The position numbers and the translations under genes were made by a program. From contig NIVC01004654.1 in the NCBI GenBank assembly GCA_002269645.1, forward strand, positions 1-39,235: DNA of 39,235 bases. The letters run 5' to 3'. Below the pieces are notes generated by a model. The model made no database searches, was not told where the DNA came from, and saw nothing but the letters and a program-made list of their open reading frames with translations. Positions 21,051 to 33,718 of this stretch are shown piece by piece; the stretch's first letter is position 1; every line of letters starts with the position of its first letter. Source of the stretch: Macrostomum lignano. Lineage: Eukaryota.

Positions 21051-22815
21051 TTTCTTCTAAATGCGTTGGTCAGCCTGCCTGTTGCAAAAACACTTTACCG
21101 ACTTACTAAATCGACCCGTGAGTCAGTAAAGAAGTTCAACATGGGAAATGGCCGCTTCTCCTATCTCGGAATTGCTTCGAACCTTGCTTTCTTACACCGG
21201 AGCGGAATGTTGGCTCTGATCAATCCAACAAAAACTTCCGATGGAAGACAAGGGTACGAGGTTGATGCCGATTTTTGTATTGATGGCATGCCAATGTACA
21301 ACTCCTCCAATTATGCCGCTTGGCCGATTTTGGCAAAATTTTCTTGTTTTTCTCGCCCTCTTCCTGTCGCTGTGTACGCTTGTTTGGGCAAGCCCCTCTC
21401 AATGAATATCTGACTGATTTCTGCAAGGAGCTGGAGTCCTTCATGGCTGGTTTCATCGAAGTCGAGGGAGTCCTTATCCGCATCCGACGAGCCACTTTTA
21501 TCTGTGATTCACCAACTCGGGCCTTCATTACTTCTACATTGGGTCATACCGCGCACCATGGATGCCCTTATTGTAGGGCGGTCGCCAAGACAGTCGACCG
21601 GCGAATTGTCTACCCGAAACAAGCTCCAGAATTTCGCACAGCCGAATTCCACCGAGCTAAAATGTAAGTCCTCCTTTTATGCTTCTTAATAAAGGCAGGG
21701 TAGACATGATAGATAGTAGACTGGGGAGCTTAAATAGAAAGGTGATTCGGTAGAAAGGGTAGATTTGGTGTAGATAATCTTGGTACATTAGGTAACACCA
21801 TCTTTCTTTGACCATTTAATTTTTTATTTGCAGGGAGTCAAATCAGCGGAAAGATTTGAGTCCTTTGCTGTTGCTTCCAGGCATCCAGCTGCCTGAAGCT
21901 TGCCCACCTGAGCCGATGCACCTGCTATTCCTTGGCTTTGCCAGGCGACTGTTTCACTTTTTGTTCGCCGTTGACGGTCGGCATCGCAATATTCGGCCTG
22001 ATGCGATCACCAGCTTGTCTGATTATACCGAAGCGCGCCAGTCCTTCACGCCGACAAACTTTCAGCGGTGCCCACGCAGAATTGACCAGGAACTGAGTCA
22101 TTTCAATGCAACTGAATTCCGCACTTGGGTACTCTACGTAGCTACGTAGCTACGTATTTACGCCCCTACTTTCTGCGTAAATTTCTGCCGAGTGAACTGT
22201 ACAGGCATTTTCTATTATTCCACTTCGCCTGCTATATTCTATGCTCAGACCTCCTCCGAGATGCTGAGCTTTTTGAGATGGCTGAAGCCGCCATTCGTCT
22301 ATTTTTCTACGATGCCTACCAACTGTACGGTGATAGTTTTTTTAACACACAATGCCCATGTACTTTTACACCTGCCCGCATTTGCCAAGCAACTTGGAAA
22401 CATCTCTAATTTTTCAGCTTTTCCATTCGAGAATTATCTGTCTCACCTTAAGCGTCGGCTCCGTGTAACGCGTTTTGCTTCCGCTCACTTATTGAATCAA
22501 ATGCTATGTATTCGCGAGTTGCTAACTACTGACCAAATTTCCCCTGTAAGGTATTCAGCTAAAAGTCCAGACAACTGCTGCATTGTGGATAGCAAGGTCA
22601 TTCGCTTAACTAGTGTGCTTGGCCACAAAGTGAGTGGTGCTGTTTTAACTTTTAAATCCAACGTGTATGATTATACATACGAGTCTTCCAAATTAGGAAT
22701 AGGAATTTTTGTTGAGACGCGATCTGTAATTGTAGGCGTTCCCCAGAAGAAATGTTTCTTGTTCCCCCGAAGTTCTGGAGCTTGGCTAGTTATTCCTCTT
22801 GCCGAAGCTGAGTAG
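21051..22815 (+). pseudogene. EnSpm/CMC-type (CACTA superfamily) DDE transposase, 3' part
   Basis: CIDGMPMYNSSNYAAWPIL, FICDSPTRAFITSTLGHTAHHGCPYC, intron 21664-21833 (gtaagt..ttgcag, rejoins in frame), PPEPMHLLFLG, FNATEFRTWVLY, HNAHVLLHL, FSAFPFENYL. Frameshifts near 21410, 22145 and 22350. Confidence 0.88.
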
Positions 22816-23644
22816 CTGAGTAGCTCGCTGAATAAACTATGGCTACTCAGCTTCATCGTTATTTCTACGAGTACATGCAAATACATGACAGCTGACTCAA
22901 ACTGTAGCTGAGTTCTTCTCTGGCTTTGCCTAATGCTATCAGAATTTTACTGCTCTTTAACAGAATCAAACCGTTCTTTTTTAATTTACTTTGAATACAT
23001 CAATACGACAGATATTAGTACAAATACTTAGCTAATGAGCTAATGCTTCCATGGCTGTCTTTTGGAAGGGATAGGAGCTTGATAGGGGCAATATATATAG
23101 CAATAAAAAACGGAAGTTTTGGAAAGCTTTTACGGACAGGTGTTTCTCCCGAAAATTGTTTGTGTCAAATTTGAACAAAGAGGATTGATAAAACTAAAGC
23201 GACACACAGTTTAGATTTTTTATAGTTATAGAAGATAGAGAAAAAGAAAGCCCTGTGAGCTGGAGGGAACAACGAAAAGATTGGACTAAATGATATATGA
23301 TTCAAAGACCCATTGAAGAATTGTAAGGGAGAACTGGAAAGGTAGAAGGGGTTCATCTAACCCCGGCTTTTGGCATTTTTTAAGATGAATAAATTCACTG
23401 CATCATAAGCGTCCGATGCGTCTCTGCATTCACATGACAGTTTTATTGTCAAATCGATCCTTCCATTCTGAATTCCAAGTCAGTGGAAACTGCAGCTGAA
23501 CACCCACATCCGCCCGCTTGAATATTCTTACCACATTGTTTTTTGTTTGCGGTCCATGCGTCTACGAATTGGTTTCTACTGACTGATAGAAAAATAGACT
23601 TTGGACAAAATATCTAAGTCACCGTTTTTATCATTTTTACCGTG

Positions 23645-24144
23645 CAGGGGTTGGCAAACTTTGTACGCGGGTCTCTCTATCCGGCCCTCGGGTCCTTTGA
23701 AACTTCACAATAGCAATTCGGCTCGCTCAAGTTTTGTCTTTTCTCAGGTCGCTTTCTCTTTCCCCTTCTCTTCTCTCCCTTCTCTCCTCTCTCCTATTCT
23801 CTCCATTTTTCTCTTCTCTCCCCTTCCCCTCTCTTCCCCTTCTCCCCTCTCCTCTCATTCCCTTCTTTCTCCTTTCTCTATTCTCTTCCCTCATTTTCTC
23901 CTCTCTTCTCTTCTTTTCCTTTTCGATCCTCTCTCCCCTCTCTTCTCCCTCCCCTCTCTCCTCTTTTTTTCTGTCTCGTCTCTCCTCATATCTCATATCT
24001 CTTCTCTCGTCCTTTTTCTCGCATCTCCTCTCTTTTCTCATCTCTAATTTTATGTTTCCTATCCTTTCCAGTCTCATCTGGCTTGCCGCCAAGAGCTGGA
24101 TTTTTCTCTACCTGGTCCTTAGGGTAAAAGTTTGCCGGCCCTTG
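23645..24144. mobile_element. hAT-like MITE (500 bp) with an internal CT-rich tract
   Basis: Termini caggggttggcaaact (23645-23660) and agtttgccggcccttg (24129-24144) are imperfect inverted repeats of the CAGGGGTnGGCAAACT type. No matching 8-bp TSD. Confidence 0.55.
23750..24050. repeat. Polypyrimidine/polypurine (CT-rich) low-complexity tract
   Basis: ~300 bp almost entirely C and T on the plus strand. Confidence 0.92.
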
Positions 24145-24871
24145 GACTAGACTAGAGGTTATTGCTTCTAATCTGGAAAGAGTGCCGGTAAGCAAAATCA
24201 GAAACCGATAAAATAGGGGAAGCCTGTGTGTTTGCTAGACATAACCTGGGAGGAGATAAGAGACGAAGAAAAGCATAAACAGTCGTTTGTTTTTCATTGT
24301 GAAAAGAAAGAAGGGAGCGACAACGATCAACGAAGGCAATATTCAAAGTTGATTCAATCAGGGCGGGACTGAGAACCAGAGCAAGTCATACCATTCATAT
24401 TTGGGACTGAGAAGCACTGTAGCATTCAATTCATATTCGAGTTATCACATAAATCATTCGTATTGGGTACAATCATGCCCAAGCTAGTTTCTTTTACAAG
24501 CTTGTATTCGAGTGTGGTTTTTTTCCCTCACTTCCTTTCCTCCCCCCTCTCAAGCCTCCTGCAAGTTGGCCACAACCCCCCACTCAGCCCCCAGTTTGTT
24601 GTATATGCTCGTTAAAGCAGTATAAATATCATAAAGCTCTTCTTCCACTTTACTTACGAGCTTGGCTAGAGATAACATCTGCCCAACGGAAAAAAAATTA
24701 CTATGGGATACCTTTAGTATAAAGTTTCTTACATTGCCCCCTTCCCCAGTCTGCCTCTTTGTTCAATCCACCTGCTTTCTTCCCTGCGACAGGGCTAGTA
24801 CAAGCTAGTACAAGATAAAAAATAAAATACTAGCACATAGCACAGTCTCTAAGTCATAGTCATAGCATCCT

Positions 24872-24922
24872 TTTAAGTCAGAGGCAGTCTAGCACATACA
24901 ACTAAACTGCCTCTGACTTAAA
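24872..24922. repeat. 17-bp perfect inverted repeat (hairpin)
   Basis: tttaagtcagaggcagt (24872-24888) and actgcctctgacttaaa (24906-24922). Confidence 0.85.
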
Positions 24923-25328
24923 GAATTGTAAAGCTTCTGCTTTGATAAATTTTGCCACTTGGTGCTCATACTTATGAGGGCAGATAGATACAGGGGGCAG
25001 GGCAGATGTCATGGGAATGGCAACTATCAACTTGGATTTGGGCCCCAAAGCAAAGGAGTTCTAAAGATATCATCTATAGTATCAGTTAGGAACTTGTGAG
25101 TCCCACGAGGTTCGCTCTCTTTGATTCGAGACCGTGTCCTGAACGTCATCGATCATGTGAGAAGAGCGTAATTAAATAAGAAAAAATGACGGTTCGGAGG
25201 GGGTAGCCATTCCAAACTGCAGCATGATTGCACGAACTTTTGGGATGGCCCTCGTAGCAACAGTTGGGAGAACAATACGCTCGTAGAAGGGATAATAATT
25301 GGCATGGTTGCATAATCAAGAACAATCA

Positions 25329-25528
25329 ATAATCGCTACCCTCCTCCCAATCGCTCGCCTCCCGATCGCTCGCCCCCCGATCGCTCGCCTCCCGATAGCT
25401 CGCCTCCCGATAGCTCGCCTCCCGATAGCTCGCCTCCTGATCGCTCGCCCCCCGATCGCTCGCCCCCCGATCGCTCGCCTCCCGATAGCTCGCCTCCCGA
25501 TAGCTCGCCTCCTGATCGCTCGCCTCCT
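25329..25528. repeat. 15-bp tandem repeat (tcgctcgcctcccga), ~13 copies
   Basis: Reads as EASDR/EASYR pentapeptides on the minus strand. Confidence 0.92.
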
Positions 25529-26244
25529 CACGACCGCTTGTCTCTTCACGAACCTCCCTAGCAGCGGCCCGTTTCTTCATTCTCTTGAGGACTTCGCCAA
25601 CTGCCGGCGGTAAGCTTTGGATCCAACAAGAATATCTAAAAAGTTTTTTTACGTAAAGCCTAAATGTGAATCCATAGTCCAGAAAGTTGCATTCAAATAG
25701 ATTATTTTCAAACAGGAGTACTTACGAACAATGCTCTCGGCCACAGCAGGTGGCAATCTTTGCTTGCCCTTCCGACACTCCATACTAAAGTGCTGAAGCA
25801 CCGCCGGGGTGGCCGTAAAGAGCAGCATTGTTGTAATAGCGTCGGTTAGCTTCGGGTGCGTCTCCGTCTGCCGAGCTAACTGCTAGAGCTGTTATGAGTA
25901 CGAATCAATAAATTAATTGCAAGTTTCACAGATGTAAGACCTGAATTTTAAAACTTACGAAGGCTGCTTTCACAGTAGGAACCTCATCCACCTACTTGAC
26001 AAATTGCTTCAGTCCATCGAGAGAGCGCACTGGAAGACTTTGGAGGCTTGTCGGTGGCGCAACGATTCTGCCGGAGCCTTTAACTGCCTCTTCCAAAGCG
26101 AGCTGACGCTCAATAATCATTTTCATCCACTCTGTAGTTTGTGTACAGCAACGCATGTAAATGCAAGGAAATTTTTAAGCCATGAGTGAACTCCTTATAG
26201 CAGACTTACTTTCTAAATGCTTGCAGTGACAAGGAAAAGCAGGT

Positions 26245-26530
26245 GGCGTATGGTTCCGCCCCGATTTATCAGCGCAGTTCCCGCTCGTGCCAGCCGATTG
26301 CCGCACAGGCGTCTGGTTACGCCCCGATTTATCAGCGCAGTCCCCGCTCGTGCCAGACGATTGCCGCACAGGCGTCTGGTTACGCCCCGATTTATCAGCG
26401 CAGTCCCCGCTCGTGCCAGACGATTGCCGCACAGGCGTCTGGTTACGCCCCGATTTATCAGCGCAGTCTCCGCTGAAGCCAGCTGCTGAATGCGTCTGGT
26501 GCTGCCTTGATTTATCCGCGTTGTTCTCGC
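26245..26530. repeat. 63-bp tandem repeat, 4 near-perfect copies plus 1 degenerate
   Basis: ccgatttatc starts at 26261, 26324, 26387 and 26450. Minus strand gives GDCADKSGRNQTPVRQSSGTS. Confidence 0.92.
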
Positions 26531-27199
26531 TCAAGCCAGTCGAGTGCAGCCCAGACTTCTGCTTGCAAGGGGCTTGGCAACCTTTGCTGGGGGTGTTGGA
26601 AACTCAGCAGACTCTTTCTGTCTTGGCTTTTTCTTCTTCGGCTCGGCATCCAGACGCAAGTAGTCAACAGATACGCGTCTTCTTTTGCTGTTAACATCTG
26701 TATCCGAGTAAGTTCCTTTAGATGTCGATTTTTTCATCCAATACAGCAAATATTCTAGATCGTCTGAAACGAAGAAAAGCAATTTTTTCGGTTTTTTGGA
26801 AACCTTATTTTGCTAATTATATAAATACTTTCAGAACGAGAAGTCAAAAACAATAAATATTTTATACTTACCACTGACGCGCTGAACTGACAAAATTGGA
26901 TGCGTTTTCCAATCGTTCTGAGGTGGCTCGGCCTTTTTCAGCAGCCTAACGAATGCCGTTGGGTTCATCGCGAAGACTTTAGGAGGAAGTTTGACCTCAC
27001 TTTCGGTCATTCAGTTGGTCGAAATAACTATGTCTCCATCTTCGAATTCGACAATTTGATACATCTGCAAAGAAAGAACAGTCATGCTCTTATAATTAGC
27101 TTCAAATGTATTACGAAAAATATAAGAAACAGGAAATTAAAATAACCATGACTTGCCTAAATAAATATTAATGCTAAAAAATGGCCTTCATATCTGAAT

Positions 27200-28360
27200 T
27201 ACTCACTCTACTTAAAGCAGAGTTTGCCTGATCTAGAAGGCATTGTATGTGTGTTGCAGTCCTCATGCAAACCACTTCTTGTGCTTGTTCAGCAACGGAA
27301 TTACCATCAGTTTGCACTGGACTTCTCGCATGGGAACTTTGACTAGCCGGGTGGACAACTTCTCAAGTGAAATACATTTAGCTTGTCAGAATCTAGGACA
27401 AATCGATGAAATGGTCGCTTGGATAAAAATGGTCGGCACACAAACGTGATTTCGTTGTTAAAAGACACAATATCTTCCACTTTGTATGCTGTTCCATCCT
27501 GAGACAGCATGTAGCCATCTCTGCGGTCAGTTGCAAATTGCGTCTGGTGTCTGCCGCCGCATTTTTTAGAGCGGTGCCTAAACAAATTGGTCTCTTGCTA
27601 TGCAGGTGGAAACTGATCAAGTGTTTGATTCCTCTCTTTGACACGATTGACAGCCTGCTCAAGTGGCTTATGGGATGAGCGAACAAGCTTCTTGACAAAC
27701 CTCAAAAAATTTTCAAATGCAAAACAATTGACTCTGTCAATATTCCGGTGTTGAACAAAGTCATCAATAAGGTGGCTTAGAGAATGGACGCTGTAAACAA
27801 CATACTGGCTTCCAAACATTTCTTCGGTGTGAGTGATAAATGTGCGAGTCAGCTGCTTCAAGTAGTCTACATACTTAACTGACAAACTTGGTGATGACAG
27901 CAGATTAACAATAATGTGAAAAGAAAGCAACCAGGAGAGAAATTTCTTATCGCAGATAAAAGGAATCAGCACATAAGGGTGCCAAGTACAAAAAGAACAG
28001 CCTAAAAACTGTTACCTTTCACATCTTCAAATGCTGAAACAAACTGGGTCTGCGAGCAAAGTCTGTAGGCAGACATTCACTAGCTTGAATGAGCTGCTCA
28101 TTAACTTGGCTCTGCAGCAAGTGAGAAAGCCTGAAAGGTCTTGGTCCCTCTTTTAAAATTGTTAGGGCCATGAGACCAACGCCACGATATAGAAAGTGCA
28201 TTGGGTCAGCAGGAAACCCTGCTACCATATCAATTTGAAGTTCTTCAAATCGCGAATGGTCATGGTGATGCTGAGGCTGAGTCTGCTGTCGAAAAGACAT
28301 GTTAGTACGCAAGGGGGCGTCAAGTTCTAAAAAGACTACAGCACGACCTTTATTCTTTGT
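27200..28360 (-). pseudogene. EnSpm/CMC-type transposase remnant (copy 2), 5' exons missing
   Basis: Acceptor at 28361, then GRAVVFLELDAPLRTNMSFRQQTQPQHH, FPADPMHFLYRGV, KM*KVTVFRLF (W codon to stop), YSVHSLSHL, NCFAFENFL..VKKLVRSSHKPLEQAVNR. Confidence 0.88.
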
Positions 28361-29004
28361 CTGAAAATAATCATTAGTTCACTTTTGTTTAGCTATTCAG
28401 ATTTTCTTCATTTTTGTTCTACTGAATTTAAGGCTAAGGCTTGTCATATAAGAAAAAGAACATTAATAAAATTGTTGTATCAATGAACAAATTATTTTTA
28501 CGAGTATAATAAAGCAAGTAAACTGTTTTTTATTGGACTCATGTCATAGAGCTATATATGAAAATATAATTTTGGTGTTGTGAATATGATCTCTAAAAAA
28601 TACAGTTTACAATGTATAATATAGTTAAGACCACTAACTCACTATCATTATTTCTACAATATTTCTGCTGATAGGCTTATTTTTTACGTTAAACACAAAC
28701 TAGAATTGTATTGAAATTACAAAATACTTTTATTTCATATCAATTTAGCTAATTTAACAATATACGTTTAAGTTACTGCTTTTTCCCAAAATGGCCACGT
28801 GACATAGCTAGTAAAATGGCACAAATACAAAACTAGTATTTCATTATCATATGAATAAGCCTAAATATATAGACAGTGAAGGTCATTAGGTCATAGGAGT
28901 AATACAGGAACAGGATAGCAATAGGATAGATGTTAAACAAAGAATAAATAAAATGCTAATTCCACTACCATATTCCACTTACCCTTATAGTTTCTTAGAT
29001 ATAT

Positions 29005-29176
29005 CAATAGCAGATTTAGAGGGGGGTGCACAGGGTGCCCCCATCGAGTTAAATTTTTTATTTTATATATGTACGAGCTAAAATACACATTTTCAGGTAC
29101 ATATATGTGTACATGATATGCATAAATATGCAGCTTAGCGCCCCCCCCCATTAAAAAATTTCTGGATCCGCAACTG
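29005..29176. mobile_element. Small MITE-like element
   Basis: Left agcagatttagagggggg and right ctggatccgcaactg resemble degraded CAGTGGCGGAT..ATCCGCCACTG termini, with internal G and C runs. Confidence 0.4.
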
Positions 29177-29932
29177 TGATAGGGCCTATGTAAAAAAACC
29201 TTATCATGCTTATTCAACATTTAAAAGCTATTTTAATAACACTTTTGGTAGGGCCTAGGTTAAATAACTGGAATGTCTGGAAAGGGAATTCTCACTTTTC
29301 CAGAACATTGTAATACTTATTTGATTGTAGCACCTATATATTGGAGCACAATAAGATGACCCTGAGGCTATAACAGTATAACATAACGACATCGTCCCAC
29401 CGGTTGTTATATAATTAGGAGCAATTAGTAATATCAGTGTAATAACTAATTTTTGTATGTTACTGCCCATTCAAAAAAACTGGCCAGTTGGTCTAGCATA
29501 AATCAATATTGAGTTCACAGACAGAAATTCCACGTGCGAGCGTTTATGCATTCAAAAAATATTTTTATTTGCAATTTAAACACATTTAGAATGCACTACA
29601 ATAAAAACTTTGCTAATGCATGTTTTATATATAAAATTTTATAATAATTTATTTTTGGTAAATAATATACATTTATATCTGATGAAATATTTTTATACAT
29701 ACGGCAAAGCATCGAAGGTTCTGGCGATACGTATTGATACGTAAATGTGACTTTTGTTGCTGCTACAAAATGGTCCAAATCAGAATATTTTCAATGTTTT
29801 GTAATTTCACAAAATAGGGTACATAAAAAACCTGCTTTAAAAATTAAAAATTTGACAAAAAATTTTAATTTCCGAACGTTTCCGGTGATACGTATCTGTC
29901 GCCTTAATGATACGTCCCTTTTCTGTGCGGGA

Positions 29933-30190
29933 TAGGCGTAGGAACTAAGGGAGGAGAGTTGTGCCATGCCCCCACTTTTGAAGTGGGAAGGCTGTAATGG
30001 TATCTGGCCCCTCCACATTTTAAATGCAATATGTAGACTTTGTTCCTCATTTTTACTCTTATTTTTTGTTTTTACTGCTTTGCATGAATGTATTTTGCTG
30101 CAGGGCAACAAAACATAGCGCCTGCAGCGCCAAAATGAGTGGCGACACTGCCGAGTGTCTGCTGCGCCCAAAAGGAATCCAGTGCCTATG
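29933..30190. mobile_element. Small MITE-like element (ATAGGCG...CCTATG termini)
   Basis: Starts ataggcgtaggaac with gcccccacttttgaagtggg and ends gtgcctatg; weak terminal symmetry only. Confidence 0.3.
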
Positions 30191-30539
30191 GCACCAAAAT
30201 GACTTCTAAGGATGTTATATTGTATTTCGTCAGATTTTCTAGGCAGTTGCTAAACCTAATCAAATCATTATGAAAACACTTGAAGACAACGCAGCAACTC
30301 TGCAGTCAGCTGGAGAATGTATTCTAGCTTGTTTGCCGCATCAACAAGTTTAAAAGGGCTTCTGAAGATTTTATAGTGTACTTCGTCAGATTTCCTGGAC
30401 AGCCGCCAGACTCATTAGAATCATTATAAACTTTTAAACTAAATCATTAAAAATAAAGTTACTAGACAGGTTCACAAAGTTACTAGGTCCATAGAAGAAA
30501 TTACTAGGTTCATAGAAAAAGTGGGGAGAATGAGGGGGG

Positions 30540-30816
30540 TTTCACTAGGCCGAAATTTCACTCTGCCGAAAGCATCTTCCTTCACAAGGCCGAAACTTCA
30601 CTTTGCCGAAATCATTTTAGCATCGTCTTTCTCTAGGCCGAAACTTCACTAGGCCGAAATGACTAGCACGCTCTTTCATAAGGCAGAAACTTCACTAGGC
30701 TGAAACTAACAAAATTAATTTAATTCACTTGATTACGTCTACATGTACGATCCATATCCAGACCAGCAGCCGATTTCACAGTAGCGTAAATGTAAAACTG
30801 TAAATTGGCACTATCT

Positions 30817-30847
<31 letters not shown>

Positions 30848-31115
30848 TTTCTATCTATCTATCTATCCATCTTCAATCAATCTATCTTTCTGTCAATCTA
30901 TCTATCTATCTATCTATCTATCCATCTATCTATCTTTTTTGGAGGCTTAAGTTCACATCCTCTTTCGACCATAGTAGGATGCTGCTAAAATGATTTTTCG
31001 GCAAAGTGAAGTTTCGGTCTAGTGAAGTTTCTGCCTTATAAAAGAGCGTGCTAGTCATTTCGGCCTAGTAAAGTTTCGGCCTAGTGAAAAAGAGTGCTTC
31101 TCGGCGAAGTGAAAT
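30540..31115. mobile_element. Foldback-type element: inverted arms built from TTCACTAGGCCGAAA repeats around a microsatellite
   Basis: Left arm 30540-30710 and right arm ~30975-31115 share ~70-bp and ~35-bp blocks in reverse complement (ggccgaaatgactagcacgctcttt.ataaggcagaaacttcactag). Confidence 0.75.
30811..30935. repeat. (ATCT)n/(ATCA)n microsatellite
   Basis: Direct reading of the sequence. Confidence 0.93.
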
Positions 31116-31449
31116 GCAACACTATTGACTGAATCTATTGACTTAAGTACTCAAGGCTCAATCATACTCACACTCTTCCAAGAGGGGCACCAAACAAAAA
31201 CAACCAGCGGGCAAATTCGGCAAATCAACATTTTTTTATACACCTAGCAACAATTTCGGCCGAGCTTATAGTAGAGGCCTGCTGGCCAAGGCGCAGAGAT
31301 GGAAAAATACAAACATTATGAAGTGGAACATCAGAACAAACAAATTCATGAAGTTCAGACGATGCAAAATTAAACACTGAAAAAGGAGCCGCTGGGCTAA
31401 ATAGAGGCTCGATTAAATTGCAATATTTTATTAGAACTTGACCAGTAAA

Positions 31450-33619
31450 ACAGTCACCAAGACAGTCAGTGATGCAAAAATGAGCCTGAGCTTGTGAGGC
31501 AAAATGAGCTACATGTTGACAGCAAATTGTCTTTAGAAGTTGTACTCAAAACTTTCCCATCACTGGTCTTATTAGACTTAGATGAACCGACGTAATCTGG
31601 AGCAATAATAGATAGGGCATCGGAATCGGAAATTTAAATATTTTCCTCGGCTGCCGACTGCAATGAGTACAATAGCAGCTTTAACCAGACAAAATTCTCA
31701 CATATTTGCCTTGCTTAAAAGCGACTGCCGAAGTGCATTCTGTTAAAAGAATACATTGCAGATTCAAAAGGGAACATTGACGCTGAATAAACGAGTCCAA
31801 AACGCTCATACTGTGCTGGCAGATGGCTGAGCAAGTGGAAGTTTAAAAGCTGCATTCGCTCGGAAAAAAACTTAGGGCTAAGTCGCAAAAACACTTTGCA
31901 AAGCTGCTTTAACGTAACGTAACACACGAGTTGGGTGAATATAGTAAGACATAAATAGAATGCAAAAGAAGCAACAAGCTTCTAAATTATTGGTCTTCAA
32001 CTCGAGGTAAAAGAATGACAGGAAACAAATACAACGCAAAAAGTTTGTATTTTTTGGCCTTCCAAAGTGATAGCTTGCTTAATGGTGGAAAATTCGCGAC
32101 GCCTTGAGGCATCTTCAGGCACTTAAGCTGGCTGTCGATGGCCTTGATTGAAGGAGTTCGAAGCACAAACCGGCAGTTACGGTTTTTAGAATCAGTTAAG
32201 TAACTTAAAACGTGCTTTACTTGGCCTTCCCATAAACAGTGCATCGGGTCGATGATAAAATTATCGGGAAATTTTACAATCCGAAGCAAAGTAGCGGCCC
32301 GCTTCACACCAAAAAAGATTTCAATCTTTGAGTTTTCAGCAAATGCAAGTGCTTATTGTGCATAACGGGAGTCCGTAATTCGATGCCTTCAACAGATGGA
32401 AATATTGTGACGGATCCTCTTTCGGAGACCTTGATACTTTTTCCTGGCAGTACAAACTTTGGGCAAGCAAAATGCCCATTAAATTGCTTAATGCCAAACA
32501 AATGAGACAAAGCTGGTAGATCGCAAGTAAAAAAAGAGAAGTGCAGATAAAAGGAAATATTTTTTACCTTAACAACTGATGGTAAACGATCAATAATTGT
32601 GGGTAGGTAAGTTTCAAAATCCCGCTCCCCACGACTGGCAAAAAGTGCAATAGTAATTATATTCGCAAACTTCTGACGCAACTTGATAGGTAAATTAAAA
32701 CAAATAGCACAAAATGGCCAAATAGACATATCCGCTGCTTTAAAGAAGTTGGCTCCATCTGCAGACAGGAGAAAATACAAATGCAATGTTGAGGAAGGTG
32801 CCTGTCCGGCTAATTCGGATGCAACTGCGGAGTTCAGTACGTCAGTTCTTAAACACTGGCTAAGCCTATTTTGGTATGCAAAGAGCACATCGAAATGCTT
32901 ATCAACCATAACTTCAATCTGGTAACCAACATTCAAAAGCCAGATTCCTTCAAATAGATCGGAACGATGGTCACAACAGTTCAAAAGCAGACATACAGAG
33001 CATAATTTGATAACGAAGTCTTTTCTCAAAACAAATGAGCGACGCAAATGAGACATCATAACATCATAAGAAGCAGGAAATGTACCACCCGGAACAACAA
33101 GTCGGACTAGGCGCAGCAGCCTGTCAAGAGCATGTACAGAAATAGAGGACAGGATCGTCCACAGCTTTAGTAGCGCACAAATTGTCTCTAAAAAAGGCCC
33201 TCGCCCTTAAATACTGACACAAGGAAGTTGCTTTCATCTGACTCCAGCTCGATAGCTATTGGAGCATCATTTGTAGTCCGCTGGTCTTCATCATCTTCAA
33301 ATTCTTTATCCTGGCCATTTGCATCATCATACGCAGCAGATACTTGTTGCACATCGGATTTATCAGACACCGGTGTTGAACAAGAATGGGAAGAATAGGC
33401 AGAACTCAAGGAGCTGTACTCGCCCATGGAAGTGTCATAGTCGGAAACAGAACTTTTATCAGATGAGACAGACACCTTAGACAATCGAGATACCTCTGAC
33501 TTAGAGGAAGGGCCGTCATTTGGGAAGTTCATAGCTGGAATTCCAGTGATGGAAGAGCTAAAATTATTTCGATCAAAACCACCGGCAAGAAGGGACAATA
33601 TCTGCATTATTTTTTTCAT
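31450..33619 (-). pseudogene. EnSpm/CACTA (Tnp2/Transposase_21-like) transposase remnant (copy 3)
   Basis: Ser/acidic N-terminus (33188-33619); LLSADGANFFKAADMSIWPF..NLPIKLR, FTCDLPALSHLFGIKQFNGHFACP, IIDPMHCLWEGQVK, LWKAKKYKLFALY, LNFHLLSHL..FGLVYSASMFPFESAM. Broken by stops and indels. Confidence 0.88.
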
Positions 33620-33718
33620 TCCAATACTTTAAGGGGTTAACGCTTAAGGTTGAATCTAAGCTAATCCCCGTTTTATAATTTTACAGTAATACTAGACCCG
33701 TTGGGCACTGCATTCTCT

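Larger units (their letters stand above)
25326..27064 (-). pseudogene. Spliced DUF4806-like accessory gene of an EnSpm-type element (copy 2) with two internal coding tandem repeats
   Basis: ATG 27064: MYQIVEFEDGDIVISTN*MTESEVKLPPK..LLKKAEPPQNDWKTHP, donor at 26872. Later exons: 21-aa repeat, LPVRSLDGLKQF, LQHFSMECRKGKQRLPPAVAESIV; last exon with EAS(D/Y)R repeats. Several gtaagt donors visible. Confidence 0.65.

Noticed and set aside
23601-24195. Ser/Leu/Phe-rich and Arg/Glu-rich ORFs
   Set aside because: Translation of the CT-rich low-complexity tract.
25299-25613. Plus-strand (PIARL)n and minus-strand (RRAIG)n ORFs
   Set aside because: Alternative frames of the 15-bp repeat; the EAS(D/Y)R frame fits the spliced gene.
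28400-29900. Missing 5' exons of transposase copy 2 in the short ORFs here
   Set aside because: No DG..WP or CD.PAR motifs found in ORFs 28933-29220, 29255-29470 or 29596-29935; AT-rich non-coding character.
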